Assembly (NCBI GenBank): GCA_035309945.1
Contig: DATGEQ010000089.1
Location: forward strand, 6,854 to 70,853
DNA length: 64,000 bases
Reading direction: 5' to 3'
Origin: Gemmatimonadales bacterium
Lineage (GTDB): Bacteria; Gemmatimonadota; Gemmatimonadetes; Gemmatimonadales; GWC2-71-9
Shown here: one piece after another, positions 26,464 to 38,268 of the stretch
How the letters are laid out: each line of letters starts with the position of its first letter
How positions within the stretch are numbered: position 1 is the first letter of the stretch
The notes under the pieces: model-generated
Database searches by the model: none
The model's input: only the letters and a program-made list of their open reading frames with translations
Told to the model about the DNA's origin: nothing
Program-made: the position numbers and the translations under genes

Positions 26464-28353
26464 ATGAACGACCCGTTGGCGCAGCGACTGAGTCAGGCCC
26501 TCGGCTCCTCGTTTACGCTCGAGGGCGAGATCGGTCGGGGCGGCATGGGCGTGGTCTATCACGCTCGCGACGAGCGGCTCAAGCGCAGAGTAGCCGTCAA
26601 GGTCCTGCCGCCAGAGCTCGCCTTTCGCGAGGAGATTCGCACGCGGTTTCTGCGCGAAGCGGAAACTGCCGCGCGCCTGTCGCACCCACACATCGTTCCG
26701 ATTCACTCGGTCGGCGAAGGCCCCGACGGCCTCGTCTATTTCGTGATGGCCTACGTCGACGGGGAATCGCTCGCGGCGCGGCTGAAGCGTCGCCAGCGGC
26801 TCCCGCCCGAGGAAGCTCGCCGCATCATGATGGAGACGGCAGACGCGCTCGGCGCGGGACACGCCCTGGGCATCATCCACCGCGACGTGAAGCCTGACAA
26901 CATTCTGCTCGAAGGCAGCCGCGGCCGGACGGTCCTTACGGACTTCGGAATCGCGAAGGCGCTGACCTCCACGACCGGGCCCGGGACCTTGACGGCGACC
27001 GGCGTCGCAATCGGGACACCACACTACATGAGTCCGGAGCAGGCCGCGGGCGATCGCGAGATCGACGGGCGTTCGGACATCTACAGTCTCGGGGTCGTCG
27101 GCTACCAGATGCTCGCGGGGGAATTGCCGTTCTCGGCACCGACGGTGCCCGGCATACTGCTCAAACAGATCACCGAGCAGGCACCGAACCTGAAGGATCG
27201 ATCGCCCACGTGCCCGGACGACCTCTCCGCCTGCGTGATGCGATCGCTCGAAAAGGAACCAGAGGCGCGTTGGCCGACCGCAGATGCGTTGCGGCGCGCG
27301 CTCGAATCGCGGAGCGCGCCACCGTACCGCCCCGCGCGCCGGACTGCTGCCGCCGGCGGGCTGGGCGGTGGACTCACGCGCGCCGAAGGTGCCGGCGGCC
27401 CGCCGGCGCGCATTTCCAGTGGCGGCCGGCCGGAGCGCCGGCGCGCCAACCGTCCCGCGCCCAAGCGCGACCCCAAGAGCGAGCTGACGCCAAGCGGCGA
27501 GCCGCGCATGGTCGTGAAGTTTCGCGACTCGTTCGTCTCGTGGGCTTCGATCTGCGGCGGCCTCATGTTTATCGATCTGCTCATGGGTCACGGGCTCGGC
27601 TGGTCGCTGGTGCCGACGGCGATTTGGGGCGGGTTCGGAATTCTGCCGCAGTACATGAAACTGTGGCAAAATGGATACTCGTGGCGTGACGTGCTCAACC
27701 GCCCGGCCGCCCCGGATGCGCAAGAGGCGTTGCTGGGCGGCGCGCGCCGGTCACTCGCGCCTCCAAAGGCCGAGGAATTCGGCCGCCACGTCGAGACCGT
27801 CCGGCTGGTCCGCAACGACCGCGAAGCCATCCTCAAAATCATGGAGCGCGTTCCGGCGTCCGAGCGCAAGCTGCTCCCCGACGTGGTCGTCACTGTCGAC
27901 GCGCTGCTCAAACGCGCGGAGGAGCTTGCCCGCATGCTCACCGGTATGACCGCCGACGTCGACGACGGTGCGCTCGCAAGGATCGAGGGACGTATCGAGG
28001 CGGTCAAGCATCACGAGCAGGGCGCCGAGCGCGAGCGCCAGCTCGGTCTGCTGGACCGGCAGCGGCAGGCGTTGAGTGATCTCTTGGCGCGACGCAACAA
28101 CGTGGAAGAACAGATTGAATCGTGCGTGCTGGCGATGCAGAATGTGCGGTTCGACCTGCTGCGGTTACGATCGGCGGGTGTGGCGGCGGTGTTGAGCGAT
28201 CTGACACAGGCGACGCAGCAGGCCCGCGCGCTGTCGCGCGACGTCGACCATGTGATTGCGGCGGCCGGGGAAATCCGCGACGTGCTCAGTGCGTCGCCTG
28301 CACCCGCCTCGCCGCCGCTGCCCCGCGGTCCGCGCCCGCGGTCCGCGCCCTAG
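26464..28353 (+). CDS. Ser/Thr protein kinase with membrane-spanning and coiled-coil C-terminal region
   Basis: Contains GRGGMGVVY, VAVKVL, HRDVKPDNILL, DFG and SPEQ motifs. Hydrophobic helices lie near residue 370, followed by a helical C-terminal domain. Confidence 0.9.
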   Translation: MNDPLAQRLSQALGSSFTLEGEIGRGGMGVVYHARDERLKRRVAVKVLPPELAFREEIRTRFLREAETAARLSHPHIVPIHSVGEGPDGLVYFVMAYVDGESLAARLKRRQRLPPEEARRIMMETADALGAGHALGIIHRDVKPDNILLEGSRGRTVLTDFGIAKALTSTTGPGTLTATGVAIGTPHYMSPEQAAGDREIDGRSDIYSLGVVGYQMLAGELPFSAPTVPGILLKQITEQAPNLKDRSPTCPDDLSACVMRSLEKEPEARWPTADALRRALESRSAPPYRPARRTAAAGGLGGGLTRAEGAGGPPARISSGGRPERRRANRPAPKRDPKSELTPSGEPRMVVKFRDSFVSWASICGGLMFIDLLMGHGLGWSLVPTAIWGGFGILPQYMKLWQNGYSWRDVLNRPAAPDAQEALLGGARRSLAPPKAEEFGRHVETVRLVRNDREAILKIMERVPASERKLLPDVVVTVDALLKRAEELARMLTGMTADVDDGALARIEGRIEAVKHHEQGAERERQLGLLDRQRQALSDLLARRNNVEEQIESCVLAMQNVRFDLLRLRSAGVAAVLSDLTQATQQARALSRDVDHVIAAAGEIRDVLSASPAPASPPLPRGPRPRSAP

Positions 28354-31300
28354 AGTCCTGGTTGGCCCAGCACTCCCGCACGAGTGCCGGTCCGTTGTCC
28401 CGCATCAGCGCGAAGTCCAGCAGCTCCATGAATGCCCGTGCCGCCGCGTCACAGCGGCCGGCGCGTAATGCCGCGACGGCGGCAAGCTCGCGGTAGCGGG
28501 CCGAGCCGGGCCGCCGCTCCGCCGCGTAGCTGAGCAAACTGTCGGCCAGTGTCGGCGGCGCATCCAGTGCGATCTGGCCGAGCGACTGCGTGAGAAACTC
28601 TCCGGGGAAGGGGTGGCGAAACGTCCCCTGCGCCGCGCTCAGCGCCCCGCGCGCTTGCGTCACCGCCTCGTTCCAGCGTGATCCTCGCACCGCCAACCAT
28701 GACAGCGCCGCTCGTACCTGCGCGGTATCGGCTCCGGCCGCCAACGCTTCGCGGAGGGCCATGCCGGCGAGGGGCTGCTTCCGAGTGGCCGCGAGCAGGC
28801 CGCGCATCAGTAGTGCGTCGGTACGCGCGCCCGGAGTTCGCGCGACCGCGACACTGAGGAGGGAATCCGCTTGCGCAGTATCGCCCAGCGCGAGTTGGAC
28901 TCCAGCACTCCGCACGATCCACTCCACCACATTGGGTTGAGCCCGCCTGGCCGCATCGAGATATGGCAGCAACCCGGCGTCGCTGCGCCGCGCCGCGAGG
29001 ATACGAAGCAGTGCATACGGCGAAGTGCCGGGATCATCACGACCCATCGCCACGAGGGAGTCGAACACCCCGTATGCGACCAGACGGGGATCGAGAAACT
29101 CCCGCGCCGCCACGAACTCGAGCCGCGGCCGGTCGTCGGTGTGACCGAAGGTCGCGCGCGTGAGCAGGCGCGACACGCCGGAGTCGCCCAGCAGCATGCG
29201 GCCGAAGTATTGATCGGAAGATTCGATGCTCAGCCAGTCGTTGCTCAGCTGATGCAACGGACCGCCGGTCCCGATCAGCCGGTCCAGCCAACCGCGGTCG
29301 TACGCGATGGGGCGTGGCGACGCGAGCACAACCAGGTCGGCCGTTCCACCAAACCACACGTGGACGTAGGGGAAAACGTCCCGCAGGCTCTTGACGACAC
29401 CCGCGACGACGGGGAGCGGCAGCTGGTACAGCTGAATCCACTGGCAAAAGACACCATTATCCGACAGCCGGGCGCGTGCGATCCGGAAGAATTGCGGCGT
29501 GTACAGGGTGGCGATTCCGGCAACCCAGGGATTGGACGGCTCGGACACGATCAGGTCGTAGCGATGGCGGTCCAGCTGCAGCGCGCTCCGCGCGTCGTCG
29601 AGCGCGACGTCGACATTGGGACGATGCAGGACCGCGGCATTCACGCCGTAGAAGAAGCTGTCCATCTGCACGACTGCGGGCTCGATTTCCACGACGCGCA
29701 GCCGGGTCACGCTCGGGACGCTCGCCAGGACGCGCGCGGTGACTCCGGTGCCGTAGCCGATCACCAGCGCCGATCCCGGGTTGGCAAAGGCGACCGCCGG
29801 AGCGAGTCCGAGCATCACTTGCGTGTCCATGTCGCCGCGGTCGGACCCGTCGATCTTGCCGTTGACGCGCAGCGAGCGGCCCGATTCGCCTTCCCACACA
29901 CTGACGGTGGCGTTCGGCCCCTCCCGGAACGCGAGCTGGCGGACGCCGCGATGCGCGAGAAAGCGCTCGCGGTCTGCTCTGCTCATTTGCTGCCGGGCAT
30001 AAATCGTCGGCCCGAGGTCGATCAATCGCGTGCTCCACCCCGGCGCGGCCGCCGCGGCAACCAGGGCCAGCACGCCCAATCCGGCGCCACTGAGTACGCG
30101 CACACGCATCCGGCGATCCTCGGGAGAGCCCTCCGTTACCCCACGCGAGGCCAGCAGGCCCAGCGCCACGGCGGCGATGCCATTGATGATGATGCCGACG
30201 CGCAGGGTGGTCTGCGTTCCGATTGCGGCGATGAGGACGAACCCGGTGAGAACGGCGCCCGCGATCGATCCGAGCGTGTTCAAGCCGTAGGCGCCACCGA
30301 CGTCGGCGCCGCGCGCCGTGCCGCCCGCGGCCGTCAACTCGGTGAGCAGCGGAAACGTCATGCCCATGCCGAGCGCCGGAATGAGCACGACCGCGCCGAC
30401 GGCCACGCCCATCAGCAGCAACCGCGTGACGGCACTCAAGGCGGGAATCTGGAAGACCGCGATTACGTACGCCGGCAAGAATCCGAAAAAGACGAACAGC
30501 GCGGCCGCGCCGATCCCCGTGATGCCTTGCGCGAGCGCGGCGGTCGCGGCGGTATCGATGCGCGCCGCACTCCGGCGAGCGACAATCACGCTTCCAAGGC
30601 CGATTCCCAACAGAAAGACGAGCAGAACGATCGTAAAGGCGTACGTCGATCCACCGACGACCATGATCAAGACGCGCGTCCATGCGATTTCGTAGAGCAG
30701 TGCGGTGAACGCGGTAAGGGTGAGCAGGACGAGCGCAAGCATCCGCAGATGATCGCGGACTAACGGGCCGGCCGTCGGGGCATCAGACGTGTCGCGGGCG
30801 GTTTCGGCCGGCTGCCCGCGACCGAATCTGATCGCCGTGATCCCGATGGCCAGGTTGATTGTGGCGGTCGCCCACAGCGACGCGCGCACACCGACGAACT
30901 CGATCAAGACGAATCCCGCGAGTGCGGTGCCGAGCATCGCGCCGAGCGTGTTCAAGCCGTACAGCCGGCCCAGAGACGGCTTGAGCAGGTCGCGATCCTC
31001 TCCCGTCAGAGCCCGGGTCAGCACGGGGAGCGTGCCGCCCATCAGCGTCGTAGGGATCAGGAGCACGAGAGCGGCGAGACCGAATCGCAGTGCCAGGCTC
31101 CCGGTCGCGCCGAGCGACACGGCGCCGGCGATTCCGATGTAGCTCCAGTGCGCGAGTCCCAGAATCAGCGGCGACACGACGCCGAACGCGGCGATGCCGA
31201 TCTCGAGCCGGCCGTACAAGACCGCGGGTTGCGCCGTTCGATCCGCCACTCTCCCCAGCAGCCAGGCGCCGAGGCCCAGGCCGCCCATGTAGGCCGCGAC

Positions 31301-31441
31301 GACCGTGGTGACGGATTGAATCGTGGATCCGAACGATTGATACAGGACCCGGACCCAGAGCAGCTCGTAGATGAGCCCGGTCGCACCAGACAAAAAGAAG
31401 AGGAGGCTGTAGACGAGTCGCGGCGAAAGCCTAGAACGCAT
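28286..31441 (-). CDS. Fused polytopic-membrane / spermidine-synthase-like / TPR-like protein
   Basis: Start ATG 31441 ([32 protein letters not shown]). More than 12 hydrophobic helices come first. The SpeE-like core follows ([39 protein letters not shown]), then a helical repeat tail. Confidence 0.75.
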   Translation of the reverse strand: MRSRLSPRLVYSLLFFLSGATGLIYELLWVRVLYQSFGSTIQSVTTVVAAYMGGLGLGAWLLGRVADRTAQPAVLYGRLEIGIAAFGVVSPLILGLAHWSYIGIAGAVSLGATGSLALRFGLAALVLLIPTTLMGGTLPVLTRALTGEDRDLLKPSLGRLYGLNTLGAMLGTALAGFVLIEFVGVRASLWATATINLAIGITAIRFGRGQPAETARDTSDAPTAGPLVRDHLRMLALVLLTLTAFTALLYEIAWTRVLIMVVGGSTYAFTIVLLVFLLGIGLGSVIVARRSAARIDTAATAALAQGITGIGAAALFVFFGFLPAYVIAVFQIPALSAVTRLLLMGVAVGAVVLIPALGMGMTFPLLTELTAAGGTARGADVGGAYGLNTLGSIAGAVLTGFVLIAAIGTQTTLRVGIIINGIAAVALGLLASRGVTEGSPEDRRMRVRVLSGAGLGVLALVAAAAAPGWSTRLIDLGPTIYARQQMSRADRERFLAHRGVRQLAFREGPNATVSVWEGESGRSLRVNGKIDGSDRGDMDTQVMLGLAPAVAFANPGSALVIGYGTGVTARVLASVPSVTRLRVVEIEPAVVQMDSFFYGVNAAVLHRPNVDVALDDARSALQLDRHRYDLIVSEPSNPWVAGIATLYTPQFFRIARARLSDNGVFCQWIQLYQLPLPVVAGVVKSLRDVFPYVHVWFGGTADLVVLASPRPIAYDRGWLDRLIGTGGPLHQLSNDWLSIESSDQYFGRMLLGDSGVSRLLTRATFGHTDDRPRLEFVAAREFLDPRLVAYGVFDSLVAMGRDDPGTSPYALLRILAARRSDAGLLPYLDAARRAQPNVVEWIVRSAGVQLALGDTAQADSLLSVAVARTPGARTDALLMRGLLAATRKQPLAGMALREALAAGADTAQVRAALSWLAVRGSRWNEAVTQARGALSAAQGTFRHPFPGEFLTQSLGQIALDAPPTLADSLLSYAAERRPGSARYRELAAVAALRAGRCDAAARAFMELLDFALMRDNGPALVRECWANQDSRARTAGADRGAAAARRVQATH

Positions 31442-33566
31442 GCAGCTCGCGCATGGCCTGCGCGAGGTCCTCCACCTGCGGCAGAATGTAGTCCTCGAGA
31501 TCGGGCGCGTACGCGACGAACGTGTCGGTGGACGCGACGCGTTTGACGGGCGCGTCGAGCCAGGGGAAGCACTCATCGGCTATACGGGCGGCGATCTCCG
31601 CGCCGTAGCCCCACGAGGCGGCGTCTTCGTACGCTACGATGACCTTGTTGGTTTTTTTGATCGATGCGGCGACGGTATCCCAATCGACTGGCGAGAGCGA
31701 CCGCAGGTCGATGACCTCGACGCTCACGCCCTCTTTCTCTTCTAGCTCCTTGGCCGCGACCAGCGCGCGCTGCACGACGGCGCCGTACGTCACGACCGTC
31801 AGGCCGGTCCCCTCCCGGACGACTCTCGCCTTGCCGAACGGGATCATGAAGTTCGGGCCCGGGTTCGGCGCTTTGTTGTAGGTCTGGCGGTAGAGGTGTT
31901 TGTGTTCGAGGAAGAGGACGGGATCGTCGCAGCGAATCGCGGTGCGCAGGAGCCCGTTCGCATCGAGCGCGGTTGACGGGCAGATCACGCGCAGACCCGG
32001 TACCGACGTGAAGACAACCGCGCCGGTCTGCGAGTGATAGACCGAGCCGCCCTTCAGGTAGCCGCCATACGTGACGCGTACGACCACCGCCGCGCTGAAA
32101 TTGTTGTTCGAGCGCCAGCGCAGCGTTGCGAGCTCGTTGCGAAGCTGGTGATACGCGGGCCAGATGTAATCGAAGAACTGGATTTCCACGATCGGCTTGA
32201 GCCCGCGCGTCGCCATCCCGATCGCCCGCCCGACGATGTTGGCCTCGGCGAGGGGGGAATTATAGACGCGATTGCTCCCAAACTGGCGCTGCAGTCCCCA
32301 CGTGACCTTGAAGACGCCGCCCTTGCCTTTCACTTCCTTGAGGTACTGCTCGCGACTCGCATCTGCGACGTCCTCGCCGAACACGACGATGCGGGGATCT
32401 CGCGCCATTTCGTCTTTGAGGCAGGCATTGAGCAGATCCACCATCGTGGTCGGCTCGCCGGTAAAATGCGGGTCGTCTTCGGTATCGAACTGTTCCGAGG
32501 TGGGATCGACATCCGGCGAATACACCCAGAGCAGCGCCGTCTCCGGCTTGGGCTGAGGCGACGAGAGGGCCATATCGGCCGCAACCTGGATGTCTTCGTC
32601 GACCTGGGTCTTGATCGCTTCGAGCTCCGCCTCGGTCGCGACGCCATCCTCGAGCAGGCGCTTGGGGAAGGTGATCATGGGATCGCGTTTCGCTTCCGCT
32701 TCGCGCTCGCGCGGCGGTTTATACAGGATCTCGTCGTCGGAAAGGGAGTGCGAGTACGGCCGCGTCACGTGGGCGTGAACGAGCGCTGGCCCCTTGCGCT
32801 GCCGGCACCAATCGACGGCGCGTGACAGCGCCTCGTATGACGCGATGGGGTCGCAGCCGTCGACCTCGTCGATGTGGAGATCGGGGAAGTTGCCGACGAG
32901 CTTCGACACCGAACCTCCGGCCGTCTGAACCTCGATCGGCACCGAGATCGCGTATTTGTTGTCTTCGATGAGAAAGAGGACGGGCAGTTTGAGATTGCTG
33001 GCCGTATTCAGCGCCTCCCACCACTCTCCTTCACTGGTCGTGCCGTCGCCCGCGGAGCAGTAGACGACTTCGTCGCCGCGGCTTGGCTTGTCCTTTATGT
33101 CGTCATTGCGCTTGTAGCGCAGCCAGGCTTCCGCGCATCCGACGGCCTGCAGGAACTGCGTCCCGGTCGGGCTCGACTGACTGACGATGTTGAGCTGTTT
33201 GTGGCCCCAGTGCGAGGGCATTTGGCGCCCACCGGAGTTCGGATCGTCCGCAGCGCCGACGGCCGACAGGAACATCTCGGTGGGCGTCATACCGAGGGTC
33301 AGGCAGAGAGCGCGGTCGCGATAGTACGGGTAGAACCAGTCGTATCCCGGGCGGAGCGCCTTGCCCGCCGCGACCAGCACCGCTTCGTGCCCGGCTCCGG
33401 AAATCTGAAAGAAGATCTTGTTTTGGCGTTTGAGCTGAATTTCCCGGTCATCGATACGCCGCGAAGTCAGGATCAGCCGATACATGTCCAGCAGATCGGC
33501 TTTCGAGAGCGTGACGCGCGATTTGGTTGCGGGCGCGGCGGCAGTCGTGCGGGAACGTGATGCCAT
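31431..33566 (-). CDS. Thiamine-diphosphate-dependent 2-oxoacid dehydrogenase E1 component, fused alpha and beta subunits
   Basis: Start ATG 33566 ([12 protein letters not shown]...). The alpha part contains [19 protein letters not shown]. The beta part contains [11 protein letters not shown]...GGVFKVT and transketolase-like C-terminal modules. Confidence 0.8.
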   Translation of the reverse strand: MASRSRTTAAAPATKSRVTLSKADLLDMYRLILTSRRIDDREIQLKRQNKIFFQISGAGHEAVLVAAGKALRPGYDWFYPYYRDRALCLTLGMTPTEMFLSAVGAADDPNSGGRQMPSHWGHKQLNIVSQSSPTGTQFLQAVGCAEAWLRYKRNDDIKDKPSRGDEVVYCSAGDGTTSEGEWWEALNTASNLKLPVLFLIEDNKYAISVPIEVQTAGGSVSKLVGNFPDLHIDEVDGCDPIASYEALSRAVDWCRQRKGPALVHAHVTRPYSHSLSDDEILYKPPREREAEAKRDPMITFPKRLLEDGVATEAELEAIKTQVDEDIQVAADMALSSPQPKPETALLWVYSPDVDPTSEQFDTEDDPHFTGEPTTMVDLLNACLKDEMARDPRIVVFGEDVADASREQYLKEVKGKGGVFKVTWGLQRQFGSNRVYNSPLAEANIVGRAIGMATRGLKPIVEIQFFDYIWPAYHQLRNELATLRWRSNNNFSAAVVVRVTYGGYLKGGSVYHSQTGAVVFTSVPGLRVICPSTALDANGLLRTAIRCDDPVLFLEHKHLYRQTYNKAPNPGPNFMIPFGKARVVREGTGLTVVTYGAVVQRALVAAKELEEKEGVSVEVIDLRSLSPVDWDTVAASIKKTNKVIVAYEDAASWGYGAEIAARIADECFPWLDAPVKRVASTDTFVAYAPDLEDYILPQVEDLAQAMRELHAF

Positions 33567-33579
33567 TGACGAAAAATAC

Positions 33580-35130
33580 CTATTTGGGCGACAAAAGCGC
33601 GTTGAGGCGTGGAAACTGATCGAGCGCCACGCGTATCGTTGGATCGTTCCGGACCAAGAACTCCTCCCAGGCGTCGCTGCCCCACCGCACTTCCGCGACG
33701 CGTGCCGCGAGAGTGCGCGACAGCCGTTTCGCGAGCAGGCTGTCGGTGGGCGCTGCAACCCCAAGCCGGCTGCGCACCCGCGCCAGAAATGGCGGCAGCA
33801 GCTTGGCGCGCCAGTCCTGCTCCGCCATGAGCCAGGCCATCCGTGCTGCGGGAGTCTGCGGCAAGGTATGGGCCACGCTGTCGGACACGGCGTCGTCGAA
33901 TCCGGAATCGGCCGCTGCGCTCCACCAGATTGGCAACGGCGCGCTGAGCGGAACGTAGACGTCAGGCACAATGCCGCCGCCGCCGCGCACGGGACGACCG
34001 TTGTCGGTTTTGAATACCGCGGTCGTATCCTCCTGCGCGCCCGACGTACCGGCGTAGCTCAGATACTGCTCGTATCCGATGCCGCGATAGCGCCGCTGAA
34101 TGAAACGCCCGTTCGGTGTGACGACGTGCCCAATGGTCAACCAGACGTTGTCACCCGAGGGGAGGAGGAATACCGTCTGCATGAGCGCTTTGCCGAAAGT
34201 GCGGCGTCCGACCAGCAGCGCGCGGTCGTGATCCTGCAACGAGCCCGAGAGCGCTTCGGCCGCGCTCGCGCTGCGCTCGTCAACGAGCACGATGAGCGGC
34301 AGATCGCTGAACGAGCCGTTGTGCTTCGTGGTGAAGGTGGTGTCGGCTTCCCGCCGCCGGCCCCGCGTGCGGAACACCACCGTGTTCTTCGGGAAGAACT
34401 CACTCGCTACATCAACGGCGGACGTGATGATGCCGCCGGGATTACCGCGCAGATCGAGGATCACGCGCTGCGCCTGCATGTCGCGCAACCTGCCGAGCGC
34501 GTCGTGAACCTGATCCCCGGCTTTTTCCGTGAACTCTTCGAGCCGGAGATAGCCGGTCTGCGCATCGAGCATGCGCACGAATGACACCGCGCGCATCTCG
34601 AACGGATCGCGCTTCAACGTGACGCTGAAGGTGTCCGGCTCCAATCGCGATCCGCGCTCGAGCTGCAGCCTGACTTTCGAGCCCTTCGGACCGGCCAGGC
34701 GGATTTGCAGCGTTTGCATGTCGAGACCGGCGACCGACGTGTCGTTCAACCGCACGACGCGATCGCCCGGGAGGATACCGGCCTTGTCGGCGGCGCTTTT
34801 GGGCAGAACGGCGAGCACGGTGGCGGCATCATCCACTGCTTCGAGCGCGAGGCCCACGCCGAACAACTCTCCGCGGTCCAGGGCGTCGCGGGTTCGCAGG
34901 CCGGCGCGTGAGACATAATAGCTGTGGGGATCCAGGGACCGCAGCATCCCGCGGATCGCCGCGGTAACGAGATCGCTGTAGCTCACGGAGTCCGGATAGT
35001 TCAGGCGGATGTAATTCAAGACCCCGGAGAAATTCTGTAACTCCTCGTAAGCCGACCGCGGCGTTTGACCGGACAGTGCGACGCCCGGCCCGCGGAGCAA
35101 CACGATGAGCACCAATGTCCTGATTCTCAT
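33580..35130 (-). CDS. S41-family C-terminal processing peptidase with PDZ domain, secreted
   Basis: Start ATG 35130 ([22 protein letters not shown]). It has PDZ ([13 protein letters not shown]), LRGNPGG and the catalytic segment [13 protein letters not shown]. Confidence 0.85.
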   Translation of the reverse strand: MRIRTLVLIVLLRGPGVALSGQTPRSAYEELQNFSGVLNYIRLNYPDSVSYSDLVTAAIRGMLRSLDPHSYYVSRAGLRTRDALDRGELFGVGLALEAVDDAATVLAVLPKSAADKAGILPGDRVVRLNDTSVAGLDMQTLQIRLAGPKGSKVRLQLERGSRLEPDTFSVTLKRDPFEMRAVSFVRMLDAQTGYLRLEEFTEKAGDQVHDALGRLRDMQAQRVILDLRGNPGGIITSAVDVASEFFPKNTVVFRTRGRRREADTTFTTKHNGSFSDLPLIVLVDERSASAAEALSGSLQDHDRALLVGRRTFGKALMQTVFLLPSGDNVWLTIGHVVTPNGRFIQRRYRGIGYEQYLSYAGTSGAQEDTTAVFKTDNGRPVRGGGGIVPDVYVPLSAPLPIWWSAAADSGFDDAVSDSVAHTLPQTPAARMAWLMAEQDWRAKLLPPFLARVRSRLGVAAPTDSLLAKRLSRTLAARVAEVRWGSDAWEEFLVRNDPTIRVALDQFPRLNALLSPK

Positions 35131-35140
35131 ATCTCCGTCC

Positions 35141-36337
35141 TTACTGCGGGAGCCGCTCCAGCCGTTGTTGCGCATCGGCGCGCATGTCGGACAGGCGCAA
35201 GGGCGCTCGCTCGAGAAACTGGAGGTACTTGTTTCGCGCCTCTTCGTTCTGACCCAACATCTCGGCGGCCCGCCCCAGCAGATAGTACGGCGGCGAAAAG
35301 CGCGGATTGAGCCCGATCGCACGGTACAACGGATCGACGCCTTCCATCACATGCCCGCTGTTTATCAACGAAATCCCGAGATCGAATAGCGCCGCGGGAT
35401 CGTCGCGATCCACGTCCACGGCGCGCCGTCGCTCGACCAAAGCATCCGCGGGCCGACCCGTCCGCTCGTAGATGCTCGCCAGGTAGGTATGGGCCATCAC
35501 CAGCCCTAAATCGTGCTCGAGCGACTCCTGATACAGCGCCACCGCGCTATCGGTGTGTCCCGCGAGATGGTGCAACGCGGCGAGCATGAACCGGTATTCG
35601 TTGTCGCGGAGCGGAACATGCACGATTTCGCCCTTCTGCTCCGGCTTCAGAGACCGAGCGAGCAGGGTGCGGAAGTCTACGATCGCCGAGTCGTATTGGG
35701 CGCCGTGCGCCGCGGCGAGGCCGCGATACAGCAGGAGAAACGTCGGCACGCGATCGGGGTGCTTCGCCTCCTGATACTCGCTCCGGCCGAGGTTCGCGAG
35801 ACGCTCGCGCGCGGAGCGATAACGGCCGAGCCCCAAGTCCACCGCCCATGCGTAAAAGCGCAAATAGCCCTGGTACTCCGACATCGACATGTCGAGCTCG
35901 TGCGGGTCTTTCACGTCGTACATGACTTCGAAGATTTCCAGACTGACCATCGGATCGGTGCGAAACGCCCGATCGTAGAAATCGTTCGCTTCCTTGACCA
36001 CCGGTATCCAGTCATCCGGGATGTGATTCAATCGCTCTTCATCGGCCAGACGAGAGCGGCGTGCAAACGGCAGGTAGGCCAGCGCGAGATAGGGCTCGGG
36101 ATAGCGTGGCTCCATTCGGGCGACGAACCGGAGCAGACTGTCGACTTGCTTCCAGTGCTGCCATTTCCAATGCGACAGAGCCAGATAGTACAGGCGGTGG
36201 AAGTCGTTCGTGTCCTCCCGCGCCCAGGCTTCGATCTCCTTGGGACCGCGATCGAGAAAGGAGAGCTGCTGACAGCCGGCCTCCCGCGCGCCAACGAGCA
36301 GTCCTGCGAGCGCAAACGGCGTGACGCCCAGCCTCAT
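35141..36337 (-). CDS. Secreted TPR-repeat protein, paralogue 1
   Basis: 398 aa with a signal peptide. By eye, well over half the positions are identical to the protein at 38532..39722 (shared blocks AREDTND, EIVHVPLRDNEYRF, HDLGLVMAH, PYYLLGR). Confidence 0.75.
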   Translation of the reverse strand: MRLGVTPFALAGLLVGAREAGCQQLSFLDRGPKEIEAWAREDTNDFHRLYYLALSHWKWQHWKQVDSLLRFVARMEPRYPEPYLALAYLPFARRSRLADEERLNHIPDDWIPVVKEANDFYDRAFRTDPMVSLEIFEVMYDVKDPHELDMSMSEYQGYLRFYAWAVDLGLGRYRSARERLANLGRSEYQEAKHPDRVPTFLLLYRGLAAAHGAQYDSAIVDFRTLLARSLKPEQKGEIVHVPLRDNEYRFMLAALHHLAGHTDSAVALYQESLEHDLGLVMAHTYLASIYERTGRPADALVERRRAVDVDRDDPAALFDLGISLINSGHVMEGVDPLYRAIGLNPRFSPPYYLLGRAAEMLGQNEEARNKYLQFLERAPLRLSDMRADAQQRLERLPQ

Positions 36338-36525
36338 TTCGGCAGCGCCGCCACACGCTGTTCCGCTTCGGTCCGAAGGAGGGCGAGGAAGAACTGGAGC
36401 TGCGCTTCGACGTCCTTGATGTCGCGATTGAGGATTTCGATGGCCTGGCCCGCCACGGCGCCCGGGGAAACCACCGCAGTCACGACGAGACCGGCGACCA
36501 GCGCAACACCAGACCGGCGGATCAT
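36334..36525 (-). CDS. Small membrane-anchored/secreted helical protein (63 aa)
   Basis: MIRRSGVALVAGLVVTAVVSPGAVAGQ followed by an amphipathic helix. GGAG lies 7 nt upstream. The stop overlaps the next ATG (ATGA). Confidence 0.55.
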   Translation of the reverse strand: MIRRSGVALVAGLVVTAVVSPGAVAGQAIEILNRDIKDVEAQLQFFLALLRTEAEQRVAALPK

Positions 36526-36602
36526 GATCCGCTCCGCGTTAAGCGTTCGGCCAATCTACAGCCCGGTAGCGCACGCCGATACAAGTCGAAACCATCGATC
36601 CG

Positions 36603-38258
36603 TCACGATTTTCGGTACACCACCTTCCCGCCGACAATCGTGAAGCGCGGCTTGATGGTACCGAGCGATTCGGGGGGAACGGCAAATGGATCCCGATCAA
36701 GCACGACGACATCCGCGAACCGGCCGGGCGCGAGCGTGCCCCACTTCTGCTCGTTGAACGTCGCCCACGCGTTGCCGTACGTGTAGGCGCGCAGGGCTTC
36801 GCCTACAGTGATCTTCTGTTCCGGCACCCAACCGTTGGGGTTCTTGCCGTCGAGCGTACGCCGCGTGACCGCCGCGTAGACGCCCAGCATCGGGTCGAGC
36901 GGCGCCACGGTCCAGTCGGACCCAAAGGCGAGCGTCGCGTCGGTGTCGAGCAGCGTGCGAAACGCATAGGTCGTTTTGATCCGCACGGGCCCGATGCGCT
37001 TCTCCACCCAGCGGCCGTCGTCGATGGCATGATACGGCTGCATGGACGCGATGACGTGCTGGGCACCAAAGCGCGGAATATCTTCCGGCCGCAGATGTTG
37101 CGCGTGCTCGACCCGGAACCGCCGGTCGCGCGCGTTCATCCCGTGCGCATGCGCGACGCTGTCGTAGATCGCGAGGATGATCGCGTTGGCGCGATCGCCG
37201 ATTGCGTGTACGGCGATCTGCAATCCCGCCGAATCCGCCGCGCCGACCCAGGCGCGCATGTCGGACTCGGGCTGATGCATCAAGCCGCGGTAACCCGCCG
37301 AGTCCGAGAACGGCTCGAAGAAATACGCCGTCCGCGAGCCTGCCGAGCCGTCCATGTACCCTTTGACGCCGCCAATCCGCACCCAATCGTCGCCGGCGCC
37401 GTCGCGCTTCACGCTGTCCGCGACAGTCCGCCAGTCCTCGATCGGCAGGTAGAGCGAAACCCGAATCGACATCCGGCCGGCGCGTTCCATCCGCTTATAC
37501 GACGCGAGATCCGGCCACGAGGCGGACATGTTTCCGGTCGCCGTCACACCGAGCGCGGCCGCATGCGCGAGCGCGCGACTGAGCGCCGAGTCTTCCTGCT
37601 CGGGCGTCGGCGCGGGAATGACCGCGTCGATGAGTCCCTCGGCGTTGTCCTTGAAAATCCCGATCGGATTCCCGCGCGCGTCGCGGGGGATCTCACCACC
37701 TGAAGGGGCTTTGGTGTCGCGGGTGACTTTGGCGGCGCGCATGGCTGCGGCGTTCGCCAGCGCCATGTGACCATCGAGACGCGACACGAAGACCGGGTTG
37801 TTCGGGGTGACGGAATCGATCCACTCGTGATGCGGCAACGGCGCGCCGCGCCAGAGCGTGTGGTCCCAATCCCCGCCCTGAATCCATTCTCCCGGCTTCA
37901 GGTGCGCGGCGTATTCCTTGAGCCGGTGCACGAATTCCTGCGGCGACGCGGCATCGCGCAGATTGACCGACGCGAGCACGAAGCCGCCGTTGACGAAGTG
38001 GGTGTGCCCGTCCGAGAAGCCCGGCATGATGAGCCCGCCCTTGGCGTGTAGCACGCGCGTCTTGGAGCCGACATACCGCGCGATCTCGGCCGAGTCGCCG
38101 ACCGCCAGGATTTTGCCGTCGCCGATCGCGACCGCACCGGGCCGACCTCGGCCTGTCGACAGACCGGTCCACACGGGCCCGCCTTCGATGACCAGATCGG
38201 CTTTGGTGCCACAGCCAGCGAGCAGGGCGAACAGAACGACGTACGACGCACGACGCAC
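36603..38258 (-). CDS. Amidohydrolase-family (YtcJ-like) metal-dependent hydrolase, lipoprotein
   Basis: GTG 38258 lies 6 nt after AGGAGG and gives (M)RRASYVVLFALLAGCG with a lipobox. It has the HxH metal motif PGFSDGHTHF, and VHAIGDRA. Confidence 0.8.
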   Translation of the reverse strand: MRRASYVVLFALLAGCGTKADLVIEGGPVWTGLSTGRGRPGAVAIGDGKILAVGDSAEIARYVGSKTRVLHAKGGLIMPGFSDGHTHFVNGGFVLASVNLRDAASPQEFVHRLKEYAAHLKPGEWIQGGDWDHTLWRGAPLPHHEWIDSVTPNNPVFVSRLDGHMALANAAAMRAAKVTRDTKAPSGGEIPRDARGNPIGIFKDNAEGLIDAVIPAPTPEQEDSALSRALAHAAALGVTATGNMSASWPDLASYKRMERAGRMSIRVSLYLPIEDWRTVADSVKRDGAGDDWVRIGGVKGYMDGSAGSRTAYFFEPFSDSAGYRGLMHQPESDMRAWVGAADSAGLQIAVHAIGDRANAIILAIYDSVAHAHGMNARDRRFRVEHAQHLRPEDIPRFGAQHVIASMQPYHAIDDGRWVEKRIGPVRIKTTYAFRTLLDTDATLAFGSDWTVAPLDPMLGVYAAVTRRTLDGKNPNGWVPEQKITVGEALRAYTYGNAWATFNEQKWGTLAPGRFADVVVLDRDPFAVPPESLGTIKPRFTIVGGKVVYRKS

Positions 38259-38268
38259 GGCATACCTC

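Noticed and set aside
25659-27723. 412-aa plus-strand and 454-aa minus-strand ORFs around the lon/kinase junction
   Set aside because: Each is antisense to a gene with unambiguous motifs (Lon or the Ser/Thr kinase). Both are Arg-rich shadow ORFs.
28871-30763. 630-aa plus-strand ORF
   Set aside because: It is antisense to the membrane/SpeE-like fusion gene. Its composition is dominated by R, D, G and A, and it has no motifs.
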